A stretch of 64,000 nt of DNA, taken from contig JBEWZL010000306.1 in the NCBI GenBank assembly GCA_045837725.1, positions 186,001 to 250,000 of the forward strand. The letters run 5' to 3'. Positions 1 through 13,518 of this stretch are shown in pieces. The notes beneath the pieces were generated by a model. It searched no databases, was not told the origin of the DNA, and saw only the letters and a program-made list of their open reading frames with translations. A program made the position numbers and the translations under genes. Positions within the stretch are counted from its first letter, which is position 1, and each line of letters opens with the position of its first letter. This DNA comes from Vermamoeba vermiformis (Eukaryota).

Positions 1-1020
1 ATATATTATTAATTTTTCTTCTAGGTTGCCCCAGCCCTTTTTTCGGGTATCTCCTTTAAGGTAGAGACTCAGAGTACCAGCGCTAACAAAGAGAAGGTTA
101 GATCAAGCGCATCTCTTTTCGGTTAAATGGGCTCACCTGAAATTGATTGCCTTCGCCACGTCCTCTTGTTTTATCTTATTTCTGTGTATAAACTCGAGGA
201 TCTGGTCTCGGAGAGATGCATCCTTCGTTTGTGAACCAGACTCGCTCTTTGGATCTTCCGTCGCAAAATCGGAGTTATAGAATCCTCCTAAATCGACCTC
301 GAACTAATAATACCATATTATTAACAGATCAAAGATCAAATAATTTCTCCGCTCTACCTGGAGACAGTTCGAGCATTGGATCGTAGCATAACGGTCCGAC
401 ATAGTATCCCAGATCTTGCTTCGTTCGAGAGGTGTGTATGCACCGCCTATGCATTTGCTGTACGAAAAGTGAGTCTATTATGGAATATAATTATTTTAAA
501 TTGTTATCTCGTCTCCCAGGAAAACTGGCAGAAGAATTTTCCTTATTTGATGGTATCAAATTTAGAGCATCATAAAGAGATGCGAATGAACTTACAGACA
601 ATATGAACGGTGACAAGTAACGCAAGTCAACATTTTCTCTCCCTTTTTCATCGCGGATGTAAGCAAGCCGCATTGGCATTTATGCGAGGGACATCCCCTA
701 GCATCTGAATTAGTATAGTTATCCAAAACGTGAAATTGCAACACTTGAAAGTTAATTAAAATAGCCCCGTAACCTAAAAAAACTTTTTACGATCATTGCT
801 AAAGGCAAATGTTGCCGGAGATTTCCAACGGCGAGCGCTTAATTGCCGACACTGACACCCATTGATATACTTACCACCTGGGACTCTTAGAGTTAATAGG
901 GGGTTTGCTATCGTTTGGCAGGCAGTCATAGTGGTAGGACTTCGGGCAAAATCCGCATCGAAGAATTCCTATATCGCTCGCTTCAATTGCTTGGCGACAA
1001 CAAAAGCATTGCTGCACGTG
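1..1020 (-). CDS. PHD finger + C5HCH-like Zn module + Cro/C1(XRE)/HNF1-like HTH protein; 3' end runs off the window, start exon uncertain (possibly ATG at 2150 followed by a ~1.1 kb intron)
   Basis: Spliced exons give CFCCRQ..LRCGFCPKSYHYDCLP..RWGCPSHKCQCG..LTCVTCHRSYCLKC..CSNC..LRDQILEFIHRNKIKQEDVAKAINFSAGTLSLYLKG; GT-AG joins keep the frame. Confidence 0.7.
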
Positions 1021-2804
1021 CTATATTATTATGTAGAGTATTAGTAACAGGCTTGTATAATTGGCCAGCTGCGTAACATCTCGTGAATTTACAAATTTGA
1101 TCGACAGATGCCAAAATTAAATTACGACGATTAATATTACCTTAGTCGAAACTAAACCTCTTGATAAGGTACTCATATGTCACTTATTTATGTACGAGAT
1201 CTAATCTGGGTTAGCGATGAATTAGTGCAAAAGAATTGAGAAGGGGGCGCATCCATGATTTAATTCAATTGCAAAAAACGGTCAATTATTAATATCTTAA
1301 TTATGACCGAATTTTATGATCTATTTCGGAGTTATATTTCGATCAGTTCTTTGATTTACTACGCAATCAGATCATTAAAGCCGGTATACACTTACCAAAA
1401 AAAGATCCACTTCCAGTGTTCGTTAAAAAAACGTGCTCTTCTATTAAACTTCTATATTACATATGTGCTCATCAGCTCGACGGAAGTTCAATGATATTTT
1501 TAGTTCTTTGCGTGATTTGTTTGTCGTTTGGTTATTCCGCTCTTGCTCGGATCCAAATATAGTTAACTGCACGTGCAACTACCCGGCATAGTTCCGGTGC
1601 ATCACGTGGTCGAGATGCACCTATGCATTGATGGGACCGCGGTATGATAAGGTACAAGCCTGAAAAAGTTTTCGTTAAATTTGATTAGGCGATTCGAAAT
1701 TAAATCGACAATTGGATTGATAATAATTGATCAAATTACTGCGAATATGACTGTTAGTAGTTGTGACTAAGCATACCTCGCAATTACTCCTGTAAAGGAC
1801 GATTTGGTTACCAAAAACGGATCCGGGAAGAAGTTTACGCGAGGTTGTATCACGCAGTTCCAAAAGGAGGAAATTCAAACGCCTATGAAGATATTATTTA
1901 GAAGTAGTGGTACAATATACATAAAGGATTAAACATCAGAAAAAGGTGTACACGAGGAAAGGACTGATCAGATCGCGCGCCCAAAAAAAGCATTGCTGAT
2001 CTACTTTACAAAAATAGAAGCACTTGTACTAAAATTTAAGCGATGCTAATTGATGCATTTTCTTCGATTTTCTTACGTGCAAACTCACGGATGCACTAAT
2101 TTTGATTTATGACATAAATCTTTTTACTAATATGATTGTATACTTACCATCCGCCTAGATCGAGATCAGATATATATTTCTCAACCAAATTAACCTAAAA
2201 ACCACAGCATAAAATACATTTGGTTGCTCATCGGCCGATCGAGGACTCACTCTTGCTCCGCAAATAGAAAACAAAGCAATTTGCAGCAAAAGAATAAATC
2301 CACGCAGTGGTCTTTATCTTATGCTTGTGCTATACCTTCACGAGACAAAACCAGAAACTAGATCTCGCTTGCAGTTTTAATCACAAAGCTCGGATTCCTT
2401 TTGCACTCATCCTGCTTAATGAATCGCACATTTTTATGCGTATAAATTTGAGACGGATTACAGCAAGGGCTAGGTTAGACGGTCTGATTCTATTAGGTCC
2501 GGATGTATTGTGTGGTCAGGCGAATTCTATTTTGCGCAATGCATATTATAAAATGAACGAATAAGGGTTAATATTCATTTTAGTATACATTTGAAGGTTC
2601 GACACAACGTTACTTTGTTGAAATCGAAGTTACTAAAAATAGGCGCTAATTTAATTTATGTTGAGCGTTCGCTGCATTTTAGAAGTTTGTTGCCTAGAAA
2701 CACTATAAAGGCATTGCACATCATAATTAAACTTATTTGTGGACGTGTGTGGATGCGAAGGTAGCCTGCATCTCAGCCAGTCGGTTACAAAGGAAAATAA
2801 AACA

Positions 2805-4828
2805 ATGAGCGAAGGTAAGATATAATAAAATAAATATATAGTGTAATATTTTCTTCATAAATCGCGTCAATGTAATCATTTTTAAGTTGAAAGTTAAATT
2901 GCGTTCAAATCCGTTCTGTGAGCATAATTATTCTGCCCTTTAATTTTAAAAATTGTGTAATATTATCGTAACTATTAATATTGGGCCAAACACCGAACTT
3001 AAATTATAACTACCGTGGATTCCTTAAAATTCTTATTTTTAATTTTATTATTATAATGCTGGAGACAGCATCTCAATTTTATTTATATTATCGATAATTT
3101 TATTATTATGATGTCGTTTGGATGAAATTTTACTGATTTTTGCTTCGGCTGCTAATTTTAGATGAAGTTCGAAAGCTCGTGCAAGAGTCGATTAAAAAAT
3201 ACGAAAATAGACCACCCTATGAAGATACAGATACATATGCGGACGAATATCTCCGGTTGAATCTCCCGGCATTGGATCTAGCTGAAGTACCAGAAGTTAT
3301 CACATTAGCGACTCACATAGAACGATTAATGTTGCAAGAAAATTCTCTAGCGGATCTGCCCGAATTTATCACAGTGTTATCAAATTTAACCAAATTAGTA
3401 CTGGACCGGAACAAATTCACTGAAATTCCATCTGTCGTGGCCAAACTTACGACATTAAAATTGCTCGATATGAACGCCTTAGAATTGAGCGCGGTCCCTG
3501 ACAGCATTGGCGAGTTGACAGCATTAGTCGAACTAGGTTTTGAACAGAACAAAATTGTCAAATTGTCGGAGGAATTATCAAAGTTGACATTACTACGAAC
3601 ATTTTCAATAATATACAACACAGTGCCGGAATTACCGAGCGGAATGACAGTATTGACTAATTTGGAATTGCTATGTTTGCATTCGAATCGGTTCACTGAA
3701 TTCCCGGACTCAATACAGTCCCTCACAAAGTTGACAAAATTAACGATCAGCGACAACTTTTTCAAGAAAGATTTGCCATCAGAAATTTCAAAATTAACGA
3801 AGCTCATCGAACTTCATTTAGACAATACCGGCCTCTTATCAATCCCATATGAAATGGCGCAAATGACGCAATTGACTACGCTGTATATTAACGCAAACCC
3901 ATTGACCAACTTGCCCGAGGAATTTTCAAATTTGCAAAATTTAGAAGACTTGGACATTTCAGATTTGAGCTTTAATAGCGAGACATTAGCGACGATATTC
4001 GAACTACAAAATTTGACGAGTTTATTGGCTTCAAATGTATTCATGAATGGAGGAAATAACACCCAAGTGGAGACCATACCTGCAAATATATCGCAGTTAA
4101 CCAAATTAGGAAAGTTTACGTTCGGCAAGAACAGAATCAAAGTCATGCCAACGGAGTTATTCGCTTTGACGAACTTGCATTTGCTACACTTTTTCGAGAA
4201 TTCAATCACTGAAATTCCGTCAGATATTTCACGTCTGACGAAGTAAGTCCTCTTCGAAGAAAAACAATCTTATTAAGGCATTATACTAACGGGTTTGTAA
4301 CATAGATTAAGCCACTTGAACCTTCATAGAAATGGCCTTCAGGCGTTGCCCGCCGAGACCTCACACTTGCAACACTTGACGAGTTTGGACGTGGACGGCA
4401 ACGCCTTGCAAGACTTGCCTAATTTGGGCAATTTGACGGAATTACAGGTCTTGGTGCTCGGTCACAACAGGTTGACAGAGATTCCTGATTGGTTTTTCGG
4501 GTTGACCAAGCTGACACGTGTCAACTTCCGAGACAACGAAATCGCGCGAGTCAGTCCAAAATTGGCGCGATTGGTCAATTTGACGAACTTTCACATCGAA
4601 AATAACCGACTCCGAGCATTTCCAAAAGAGGCAACGCAACTTTGTTCGCTGTATTTACACCACAATTACATCGAACATTTGTCCGAACAGTTTTCGCAGT
4701 GCAATTACGTCTCGTTAAGGAGCACTCATGTCATTTGTAAATATCCTCCTCCGTCGATCGAGACCTACGCTCAACCGCTTGAGTTCTTCGAGGTGCAACT
4801 AGACTTGTACGACGAAACAGAAAGCTAA
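2805..4828 (+). CDS. Leucine-rich repeat protein (SHOC2/Scribble-like LxxLxLxxNxL repeats), 3 exons
   Basis: ATG AGC GAA G|gtaaga at 2805 spliced to 3162; ORFs 3140-4246 and 4316-4828 are continuous LRRs joined across a short intron near 4243-4305. Confidence 0.88.
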
Positions 4829-4927
4829 TAAAACCCCAAAATATAATAGCACGATTCCATTGTGTAGTCAAGTTACAACTTTTAACAAAGAGCACTATAG
4901 AGTTAATGGCATATGGTTGTGTTTTAT

Positions 4928-6960
4928 TTAAATCTCTTCAATGGGTTGACCCTTCTCGTCAAGATCTTTCTTTTTCTTGGGCGGATCTGAAATAATCATT
5001 TGATCAATCTTTTGTGTAATTGCATCGCTGCCCTTAGATCCGCTCGCTTTGACGGGTTGCGGTGTGTTCGAACCAGATGTCGAAGGACTGCTCTCGTCAG
5101 GCAACGCCAAGGTTGAGTGATCAACATCAGGTTGCATCAAAGCCTTCTTATTCGCGCTCTTTTCAGTCTCGGCAAAGTCCTCCGCTAACAACACGTTTTC
5201 GACCAGCGTGAAAATTGCATCGGAGAGTGTTTCGTCGGTGGTTGACTTGTGGAAGTCTCTCACGATAGGATACTAATAAATTGTTAATGTCATTACTATT
5301 GTAATAATAATGCTAGCACTACTATAATATTATTTCAATAGTGCTATGATAAAATTAAAAGAATGCAGAATGTTTCGTGACAGATCGCGTCAAAAATTTT
5401 GCAAATTTGGTTGATTATTTTCATATTGTAGTTATGTATAGAGTTTAATGAGTACTTACGGCCTTTTTGGCACGCAAAAATTCTCGTCCGTAAGGTGTAG
5501 TGGCCAAAAGTGTCAAGCAGTCGATGATCATCTTTTGACAGTCTAAATTGGACTCGATAGGCTTAGTTGAGGGGGCTTGTAGTCTCAAAGGCATAAAAGC
5601 TGTGTCCTAGTATAGGAATAATAATGTTAGTGACCATTAGAATGTTACTTTGGCGTGTAATTGATCGTGAAAAGTACGGTTGACACGTGTACTTACATCA
5701 GCGGGATATGTCTCAGCGTTTCTTAAAGGCAACAACAACAGTGTCATAAGTTCGACCTCGGGGCCTAATAACCACTCGTGGTATTGTGACTCAAACAAAC
5801 AATTCCTAAAAAGGAAATAGTGTCAGAAAGTCACGTGTTCACAACGATACAAAAAAGAACGTACCTGATAAAACCAAGAATGCCTCTTCGTCTGATAATA
5901 TTTGGTGATTCAATGTATGCTAATAAAGCTTTGAAAAGATTCTTTTGCTTTTCTAAGAAGAATTTGCGACCTTCTTGGATCTGTTATTAACATTTGTTAG
6001 TTAACCAGAAACATACTAGAATTATTTATAGTATAATCCAATATAATATAATTTCAGGTAGAAATTTTGCTACTGCGATTATGCTACGTACCGAAGTAAC
6101 GTTCAATAAAATAGATGCGATCCAGCTGAATTTATCCTTGGGCTTAATATCTTTTGTTTGAGCATTGGGGGTAGCATTAGCATCAGTATTAACAGGTTGC
6201 AAGAATAGACTGGTCAATTTGGTCACGTAAAAGCCCATCAAAGGATCGCCGACTTGCAACAATTTAGCGACACCTTCTTCGTCTCGTGTAACGTTTGATA
6301 ATAATACGGCATATAATTCGACAGCTTGGTTAGCTTGTTCCTAAGGAAAGCAAATCAGTTACCGTTGGAGATCAAGATCCAGATCGAAATCTGCCAACTT
6401 ACCAAAATGCCGTCGAGAAGTCTAGAAATGACGTTCTTTTGAATCATAGATTTTAAATAGGCAGGGTCATTAGCAAAATTAATAAGAGCAGTCGCGGCGT
6501 TTTTGGCAATCACCTGCATGATTAATTAATTATTAACATTTGGATCGAGAAATAAATTCTATATACCGTATACAACCTATTAAATATAATATAAATAATA
6601 TTGTATTAATAATTTTGACACGTTCGATTGCATGGGATAAATTTACCCGCGATCGTAAAATCTAATCCTACCAAATCTCCGTCACCGATCATTCTGCACA
6701 AAAATCTGATAACATCTGTGTCCGCAAAGTGGCTACGACCTTCGAGAGTTGCGCTGTAGCTGACTACTTGTTGAACGGCCATCGTTTTCACCTAGATCGT
6801 GGATTAGTTTCGTTGATCTACGTCTTAAAATTCTGCGTATATTTTACATAATATTATTATATTAATTACACAATATTTATCTTCATAAATTCTATACCTG
6901 GGAATTACGATCGTTCAAAAAATGAACGAGCTCTTTGAAAGAAGTCTTGGTGTCAGCCAT
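4928..6960 (-). CDS. HGH1: HGH1/FAM203 armadillo-repeat eEF2 chaperone
   Basis: Spliced product MADTKTSFKELVHFL..ATALINF..VLLSNVTR..WIASILLNVTSIQEGRKFF..IRRRGILGFIRNCLFE..HEWLL..LTLLATTPYGREFLRAKKAYPIVRDFH matches the DUF383/DUF384 pattern. Confidence 0.88.
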
Positions 6961-7281
6961 CCTCGTTATAGTTATTTAATGTAATTGTTATAACAATAAA
7001 TAAGTTGACTGGTGTAGTTTCGTCGCAGGAATAAAAAAAAGATGTTTATTTTTTTTAAGTCAAGAACACAACAAGGGACCGCTTAGTCCCGATTATTTCG
7101 TCAAGTAAGTCTTAAATAGCACGTTAATAATGATGTGGTATTTGCTTGCCATGTGCCTAATCAACAAAGAGAATCAGATCTTGATCAAAGATTTTCGCAC
7201 TCTTAATTACCTTAATTATAGGACCAGCACTGGCTAGATAATTAAATAAGCCTATAAGTGCACGTAATGACGTTCTTTTTA

Positions 7282-8601
7282 ATGAATAAGCCTGGTCATT
7301 TTCAGAATTTATTGGCCACAGGAGAAGACAGCGGTAATTACAAGAACTTTTGTCTTGTAGAAATAGATTACTAATATTTAAGGCTATTAGACTTCAAAAT
7401 ATTGGCCAAAAATGAGCGTGGTGAATTAACTGAGCATAAAGCCCACAAAATAATTATTAAACAGAGCCCTTATTTTAAAGGAGTACGTAATATCAATATT
7501 ATATAATTAAAATAATAATTTTATTCCTATTTTAGCTGTTTGATATGTCGGGAAGTGAAGCTGCAAAACAATGCGTCACTTTTGATAACATCAGCTCAGA
7601 GATTTTAACGTTCATATTGAAGTATTTGTATTGTGTCGAGTTGAATATGGACGTTAAGTGCGTAATAGACCTCGCAATTGCCGCAGATTACTTGCAATTG
7701 AATGAATTGGTCGAAAAGTGTCTCGAAGCTGCGCCTGTCACAAAAATAACGAACAGGAGTGAAGTCGCATTGCATATGGCCAAACTATTAACATGTGAAC
7801 ACTTGGTTAAGCAAGAAAACACATGGGATGCTTTATGGATGTAAGGCTTACGGACTAGATCTAATCCGTAAAAACATTAACCGTGTTATTTATTTAGGCA
7901 TTTTGTTTCAGGCCATGAGTCATGCACGAACTGGCACGAGTTATCGGACAAGTTTATTGTCGAATTACTGCGTAGATTTGGTCCTACAGTCCCGCACCAA
8001 AGTTACATTTGGCTCTCCCGCTGGTCATGCACACAAGAAGAAGATCACGAGAAACTCGATTCTGAAGAAAGAACTAGGCGGCATAAGTGCGCTGTTGAAC
8101 TAGCGAGTGAATTCATTGATTTCAAAGTCCTGTCCATCGAGCGGATCTTGAAGCTGTCACAATTCGACTTGCTGCCTCCAGAATCGTTAATGAAAAAGAT
8201 GCAAGACCTGTTGCCAGCTAGAGAAGCTAAAATGAAAGAATATTTGTCTATAGACTTGACATTTGATCGAGACGAAGTTAAGGTGTTTGAGTTCAAAGAC
8301 CGACTTTGGTGAGTTCATATGAACCTTATTTTTACTGATAATGTATTTATATTAATAGTAACGCCTTATTAATATTAGGTCGTTTGAATGCATGGCGTTT
8401 GCAGTGCAAAAAGATACGGATGTGGCGTGGAAGTTCACCAAACTTCGCGACGTCAATGTAAAGTCTGCGGTCAAGCTACGTCATCCAAAGTCGGATGTAG
8501 TGTTTGGAAATTCCATCGTTAGTTCGACAAAGGTCTCGATACTCAATGAGGCGAAGATGGACGGCAAATTAACATTTGTAGTTGAACTTATTGAAATATA
8601 A
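7282..8601 (+). CDS. BTB/POZ (BACK-like) domain protein
   Basis: SDFKI..HKAHKIII.QSPYFKGLF..ISSEILTFILKYLY..LAIAADYLQLNELVEKC; the apparent frame breaks resolve as GT-AG introns (e.g. 7841-7898). Confidence 0.8.
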
Positions 8602-8835
8602 GGAAGTTGACTCGCTGGATGCGCGATTGACACTCAGCACTTGTGTTTCTTCGTTGAATCGTCGATAAAGCCTCGAATAGATGTGACGTGTATAGGTACG
8701 ACTGATTAAGATGGAATGTACAATAAGCATAATAAAGTTGTTGAGGTAGATCTAGAAATTTTGCGAGTTTTCGCGGCACGTTGGGATTAACCAAAATCGA
8801 ATCATAGTTTAATTATTTCGTTAGTAACAAACACA

Positions 8836-10478
8836 ATGTATCATATGCAAAAGGCAACTCGCGCACTGCAAAGAGTTTTAAATTTAACAGCTGCTCGATC
8901 TGGTGCTCACGCAACGAGTAAAGACTTATTGAATCAAAAGCGACACTATAGGCTAGTGGCACTACACGGACATGAAACAGCAGTAGCAAAACAAAAGGAA
9001 ATTACGCTATACATAAAGGTAATTCGGATGCTTTTTTTTTATTACATATTTTCCTTTGGTAAATTTACGACGCAATCGCATATAAATATATTGGTTGACG
9101 TTTAGATGGCATTAAAATAATATTTAAAATTTGTAGGGCTTTATAGCGCGAAAGGGAACTTCGGATAATTATGAGGGCTGGTTAGCCTCGCATAGAGAGC
9201 TCATTGCAAAGGAAAATTGGGGTAAAAACGCGAGTGCTTTTTATTGGGAATCAGGTAAGATTTTTAGACAGTCTTGATCAACAAGTGAGTTCAATCTGAC
9301 GCCCGCCCTTAGAGAAAATCCATGTCATTCCAGCATACTCTATATTGTATCTTGGATATAAATTGGCCAAGTTACGAGCAATACATCCAGTAGGATTCCT
9401 TACAGCAGTCTTAGGAGTGAGTTTAGCAAATCCGTTTACAAGCTCTAGAGGAAAACTCATTTTCTAACTAATGAATAGGACGCAGCTTTAGTCGGCGTGC
9501 AAGTACTTAATGAATATAGGAATATAGACCATACTATCAAATACAACTTGATGCCACTAGTTAACTACTTGAAAGAATTTTCAAATAACTATGAAACGGT
9601 ACGCATCCAGCACACAACGATAAATTGGTGGGTTATTGTCTTATTAAGGCTTAATATACAGGTTAGAGTAGTAGCGCATTCAACAGGATGTAAGTTACTA
9701 ACGGAGGCACTACGAGAGATCCCGGCACAACAACGACCGCACTTTGTTCATCTTTGCGCGCCTGCTTTGACCGAAAAAGAAGTAGAAAATGACTTGCCTA
9801 ATATGGCGCAGAAACAAACATCGGTTTATTACTGTAAGAATCGGATTCGCTATTGCATCTGCCAACGCAATTTATTATTTCCGTTGTGCGGTGTTAATTT
9901 ATTCGATTCATTATCTTATTCTTATTTTATACTAAATTAAGTTTTATTTTAAATAGCTCCCAGAGATTTGGTATTGAATGCTGCGTTCACAGTGTTTTGG
10001 AATGAAGATCCGATCGGGTAACACTCAACAAGCTTTAAATTCGGTAGTATAATAGTACAATAACTTGCATATATTATAGTGTCGTTGGATTAAAGAAAGA
10101 GTACGAAAAAGTTAAAACGGTAGATGTGGATCGTTACTTTGATTGGGCAGTACACAACAACTACGCTAGCAGGTAAATGAGGAAGCACCAAGTGTCTATT
10201 TTTGAAGTGACTTATCATTGCACAAATAATTTTTATACGGCCAGCATATAGAATTGGATTCTATTGTTTGCAAATGTCGTTAAATTTGTGTTGCATTTCG
10301 GTTGCGGATCTGATTGAATAATTGACGCTTTGTTTTCAGGTTCCATATCTTTGCAACTGAGTATATGGACATATCAGACATTACGGACCGGCCAGATAAC
10401 ATATTGAAGTACATACAAGACCGTGACGGTTTGAAACAGATCGGACATGGCTCCGATCGACCGGATGCACCGAAATAA
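8836..10478 (+). CDS. Alpha/beta-hydrolase fold protein (DUF726/TMCO4-like), possible mitochondrial presequence
   Basis: Multi-exon; TLYIKGF, nucleophile elbow VVAHSTGCKLL, VHLCAPAL, DLVL and a late His (VHNNY). Confidence 0.65.
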
Positions 10479-10844
10479 AGAGGTAAATAAGCCATTTATA
10501 TCGATATATGTAACTATAATACATTACGGTTATGGTTATTTAACGCGCGAAGATATTTGGGTACACTATTAAATGGGTTAATTTATATTTTGCACGTGTT
10601 ACCGATCATTTTTCAATTTAACTGAGATTGCAATCCATTAATAATAGGACGTCAATTCGTATAGAGTACACAAGAATATACCAATTTAATTTAAAGTACT
10701 AATTTTCCGTGCTCCGAATTTAGCACGCACATTGAATCGCCGCCAAACCATTTTTTGAAACATTAATTCAATTAATCGAACGAAGAACGCCACAAAAGGC
10801 GACGTTATACATTTGCAAAACATATCGCTACCCTATTTGGACAT

Positions 10845-13236
10845 ATGACTCGTTCTTTTGGTTTATTTGCACACTTGTTGCTGGCTGTTCTGACAGTGGT
10901 CAATGCAGTTCAAATTCAACACGGTTATGTCTCTCCAATCAACCGACAAACCTCTGGTATGCATATAATACAAGTACTAGTGTCCTACTTACGACATACT
11001 AATGTTTTGTTTGATTTCGTGCAGCACACTCGTTGTCGTTCAAAGCAGATCTGAGCGACTTGACTCCTCTCTCAAACTACGATGTGTTTTATGCAGTTGG
11101 TGTCTCGCCTCAAACCAATGAAATATTGGATTGGACTCAATTAACCGACCCTCAATCGGTCAATCAAGTCGATCTGACCATTTCTATGGTGATTCCTGAC
11201 GACTACGCAATTTACGTCAACTTGAAGACCGTTGAAATAAGCAGCAACTTGACGGCTATCTATAATAGCAGCGATTTAAGAGGAATTAATTGTCTTATTT
11301 ATACTTCGATTTAAAAGCTTTTACTAAACATAAAAATTTCAGTTGGAGACAGATTGAGTTCGGATGCCGATTGCGCTGCCATTTTCAATCCAGTAGGAAC
11401 CTCGACAATTACTCCTCCTCAGCCCAACGTTACTATCGAGTACAGTAACGCCGAACAGAAGTTCCATTTCACAATTGTTGCCACGTATTTGCTTCAAGGT
11501 TACACTTGGATCGTTGACTTTGCTCCTTTTGCTGGAAACCACACTTTAGGTACTAGACCATCTTATTGCAACTAACCATTCGTATGAATAACATTCGCTA
11601 TTGATTAGGCTACAAGGGCTTGGCAGCAACAAACTGCGAGAACAGAGTGTTGAGCGAGTTGAATGGTCGTTCATTCGCTTCTTTGTGGAATGCAGCACCT
11701 GCAGCTGATTATAGTGGTGCATTGAACAGTCAGAACTACTTGTCTTACTTCCTCGGTACTACGTAAGTCCTGTTCACAAAAATTAAATTCTATTTTTGGA
11801 TCGAGCGTAATTACTCTTTCGTGATTGATTAAATTTCGCAAAGTAAGTGATTTAATTTATTCGGAATAGCTCACCGAAATGGACCGTCGATGCTACTGGC
11901 TGCGATAAAGTCACCTACACCACTCCTGGTTTCTCATTCCAAGATCTGCTCAACTGCAAGACCAGCACTGGAGACGACTCGATTGTTCGTGCTATTGTTG
12001 GCAACACCATTCAATACAACGGTAAGGACATATTGGCTATATTAACGATATTCTAATCTTATGCCTCGTGATCAGGTACGTTGTACGTGACAGCAGTGAA
12101 GGCAGTGGATCAGCTCGACGAGACAAAAGGCTTCTCCACCACGCAGTTCACAGTGCCGTTCTTCGTGTCATTCTCCGTGTCATCGACTTCAATCTCATCT
12201 GGCACTGACAGCAACATTTTTGGCTTTTCGATCACTTCGCTCAACATCGCCACTGATGGAAATCTCGCCATGACCATGACCACCAACACTTATGCAACTG
12301 ATGCTTCGTAAGTTTCAAGCTGTCAAATTCATGAACTGCGAAATTGACACGTGTAATTTATTTGTCAGATTGTCGAGTCCAGTTGTTTCGTCACAACCAA
12401 GCAGCGTTACATTGGGCTCAACGAACACGCCAGCAGCAGCACAACAACAGAGCTGGACCTTCAAGACGAGCACACCGTTCACAGACTACTCAGGTCCTTA
12501 CACCATTCAGTTCACACGCACTCAAGGCACCTCCACTGTCACAGTCGCCGCACAGTTCACGCTTAACTTGAAGATTGACAACGGCTACGACAGCTCAGGC
12601 TTGACGTTCCCGACCACTTTGTCGTTCTGGAACACGGACAGCTTCGGCGGCCAACAAGAGACAACAGCGTTCACATCCCTCGACACGATCTACGTGAAGA
12701 GCACAGTGAACATTGCCAACGATCAAGACAAGAACTCGTACGTGAACAGCATCTTCAACGTGTGGCTGTGCTACACAGTGGACGACAGCACGCCAGTGTA
12801 CAATCCAAGCTCAGGTCAGCTCGGGTGTGCTTCACAAACATGGAACATTCGACCCATTTCACAACTCGTGCTGAACGGTGGTGTGCTCAGCGGTGCACTT
12901 GAGAGTCAGTTCTCGACACTGGTGAACAACTCACTGGCCAATCAAGACTCGATCAACTCGGGTGTGTCGTTCAAAGCAGCACCATTGGCCACACTCAGAT
13001 CGGGCAAGTTCTTCGTGCAGATTGAGAGCAGAATCAATTTGCCTGCTGGCAACAAGCGCAAGAGAGCGTTGATGGGCGATCAAGCCACGAGCAACAAGAT
13101 CCAAGCATTTGATGTTGTCGATGGTGCACTCACGCCTTCGCAGCCTGGCAACACGCCCATTGCTTCTGGTGCTTCGAGAGCGCAATTAGTTCTCATGGGC
13201 ATCGTCGTTGTGTTCAGCGTGATGTTGGTGCTATAA
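10845..13236 (+). CDS. Secreted, C-terminally anchored surface protein with FRAS1/FREM2 C-terminal-like (ZP-like) domain
   Basis: Signal peptide MTRSFGLFAHLLLAVLTVVNA; motifs QQSWTF..DYSGPYTIQF, AFTSLDTIYVKSTV, SIFNVWLC..PVYNP..QLGC; furin-like KRKR; hydrophobic C-terminal tail. Confidence 0.75.
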
Positions 13237-13518
13237 GATTCTAAAACTGAATCGTACGTTCATATTTGTATTTTTAATAATAATAAAAGATTATCGATTT
13301 TCAATACAATACAAGTAAATAGGCTGAATGGAGCTCAAAATATGTTTATTATAACCAAAACAATTTAAAGAGGAATGACACAAGCATTCAAGACAGTTTA
13401 AATACTGTTTTGTGTTGGATCTGCAAACTTGAGCCTGAAAAAAAAATTTCCTTCTTCGTTTGCTTGCTGCCGATATTTATTGTTTTAGTTTTTCTTTCTG
13501 TATCAGTGTACTATCAGC

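Noticed and set aside
866-881. ATACTTACC (also near 2140) as a U1 snRNA 5' end
   Set aside because: These are minus-strand GGTAAGTAT splice donors of the PHD-HTH gene; no U1 stem-loops or Sm site follow.
3313-4209. Antisense ORFs over the LRR gene, and similar shadow ORFs at 26910-27467, 32291-32947, 37071-37637, 44498-44881
   Set aside because: Opposite-strand shadows of real coding exons with no motif content.
7795-8103. Apparent frameshifts in the BTB gene
   Set aside because: Resolved by a GT-AG intron at 7841-7898 into an open frame.
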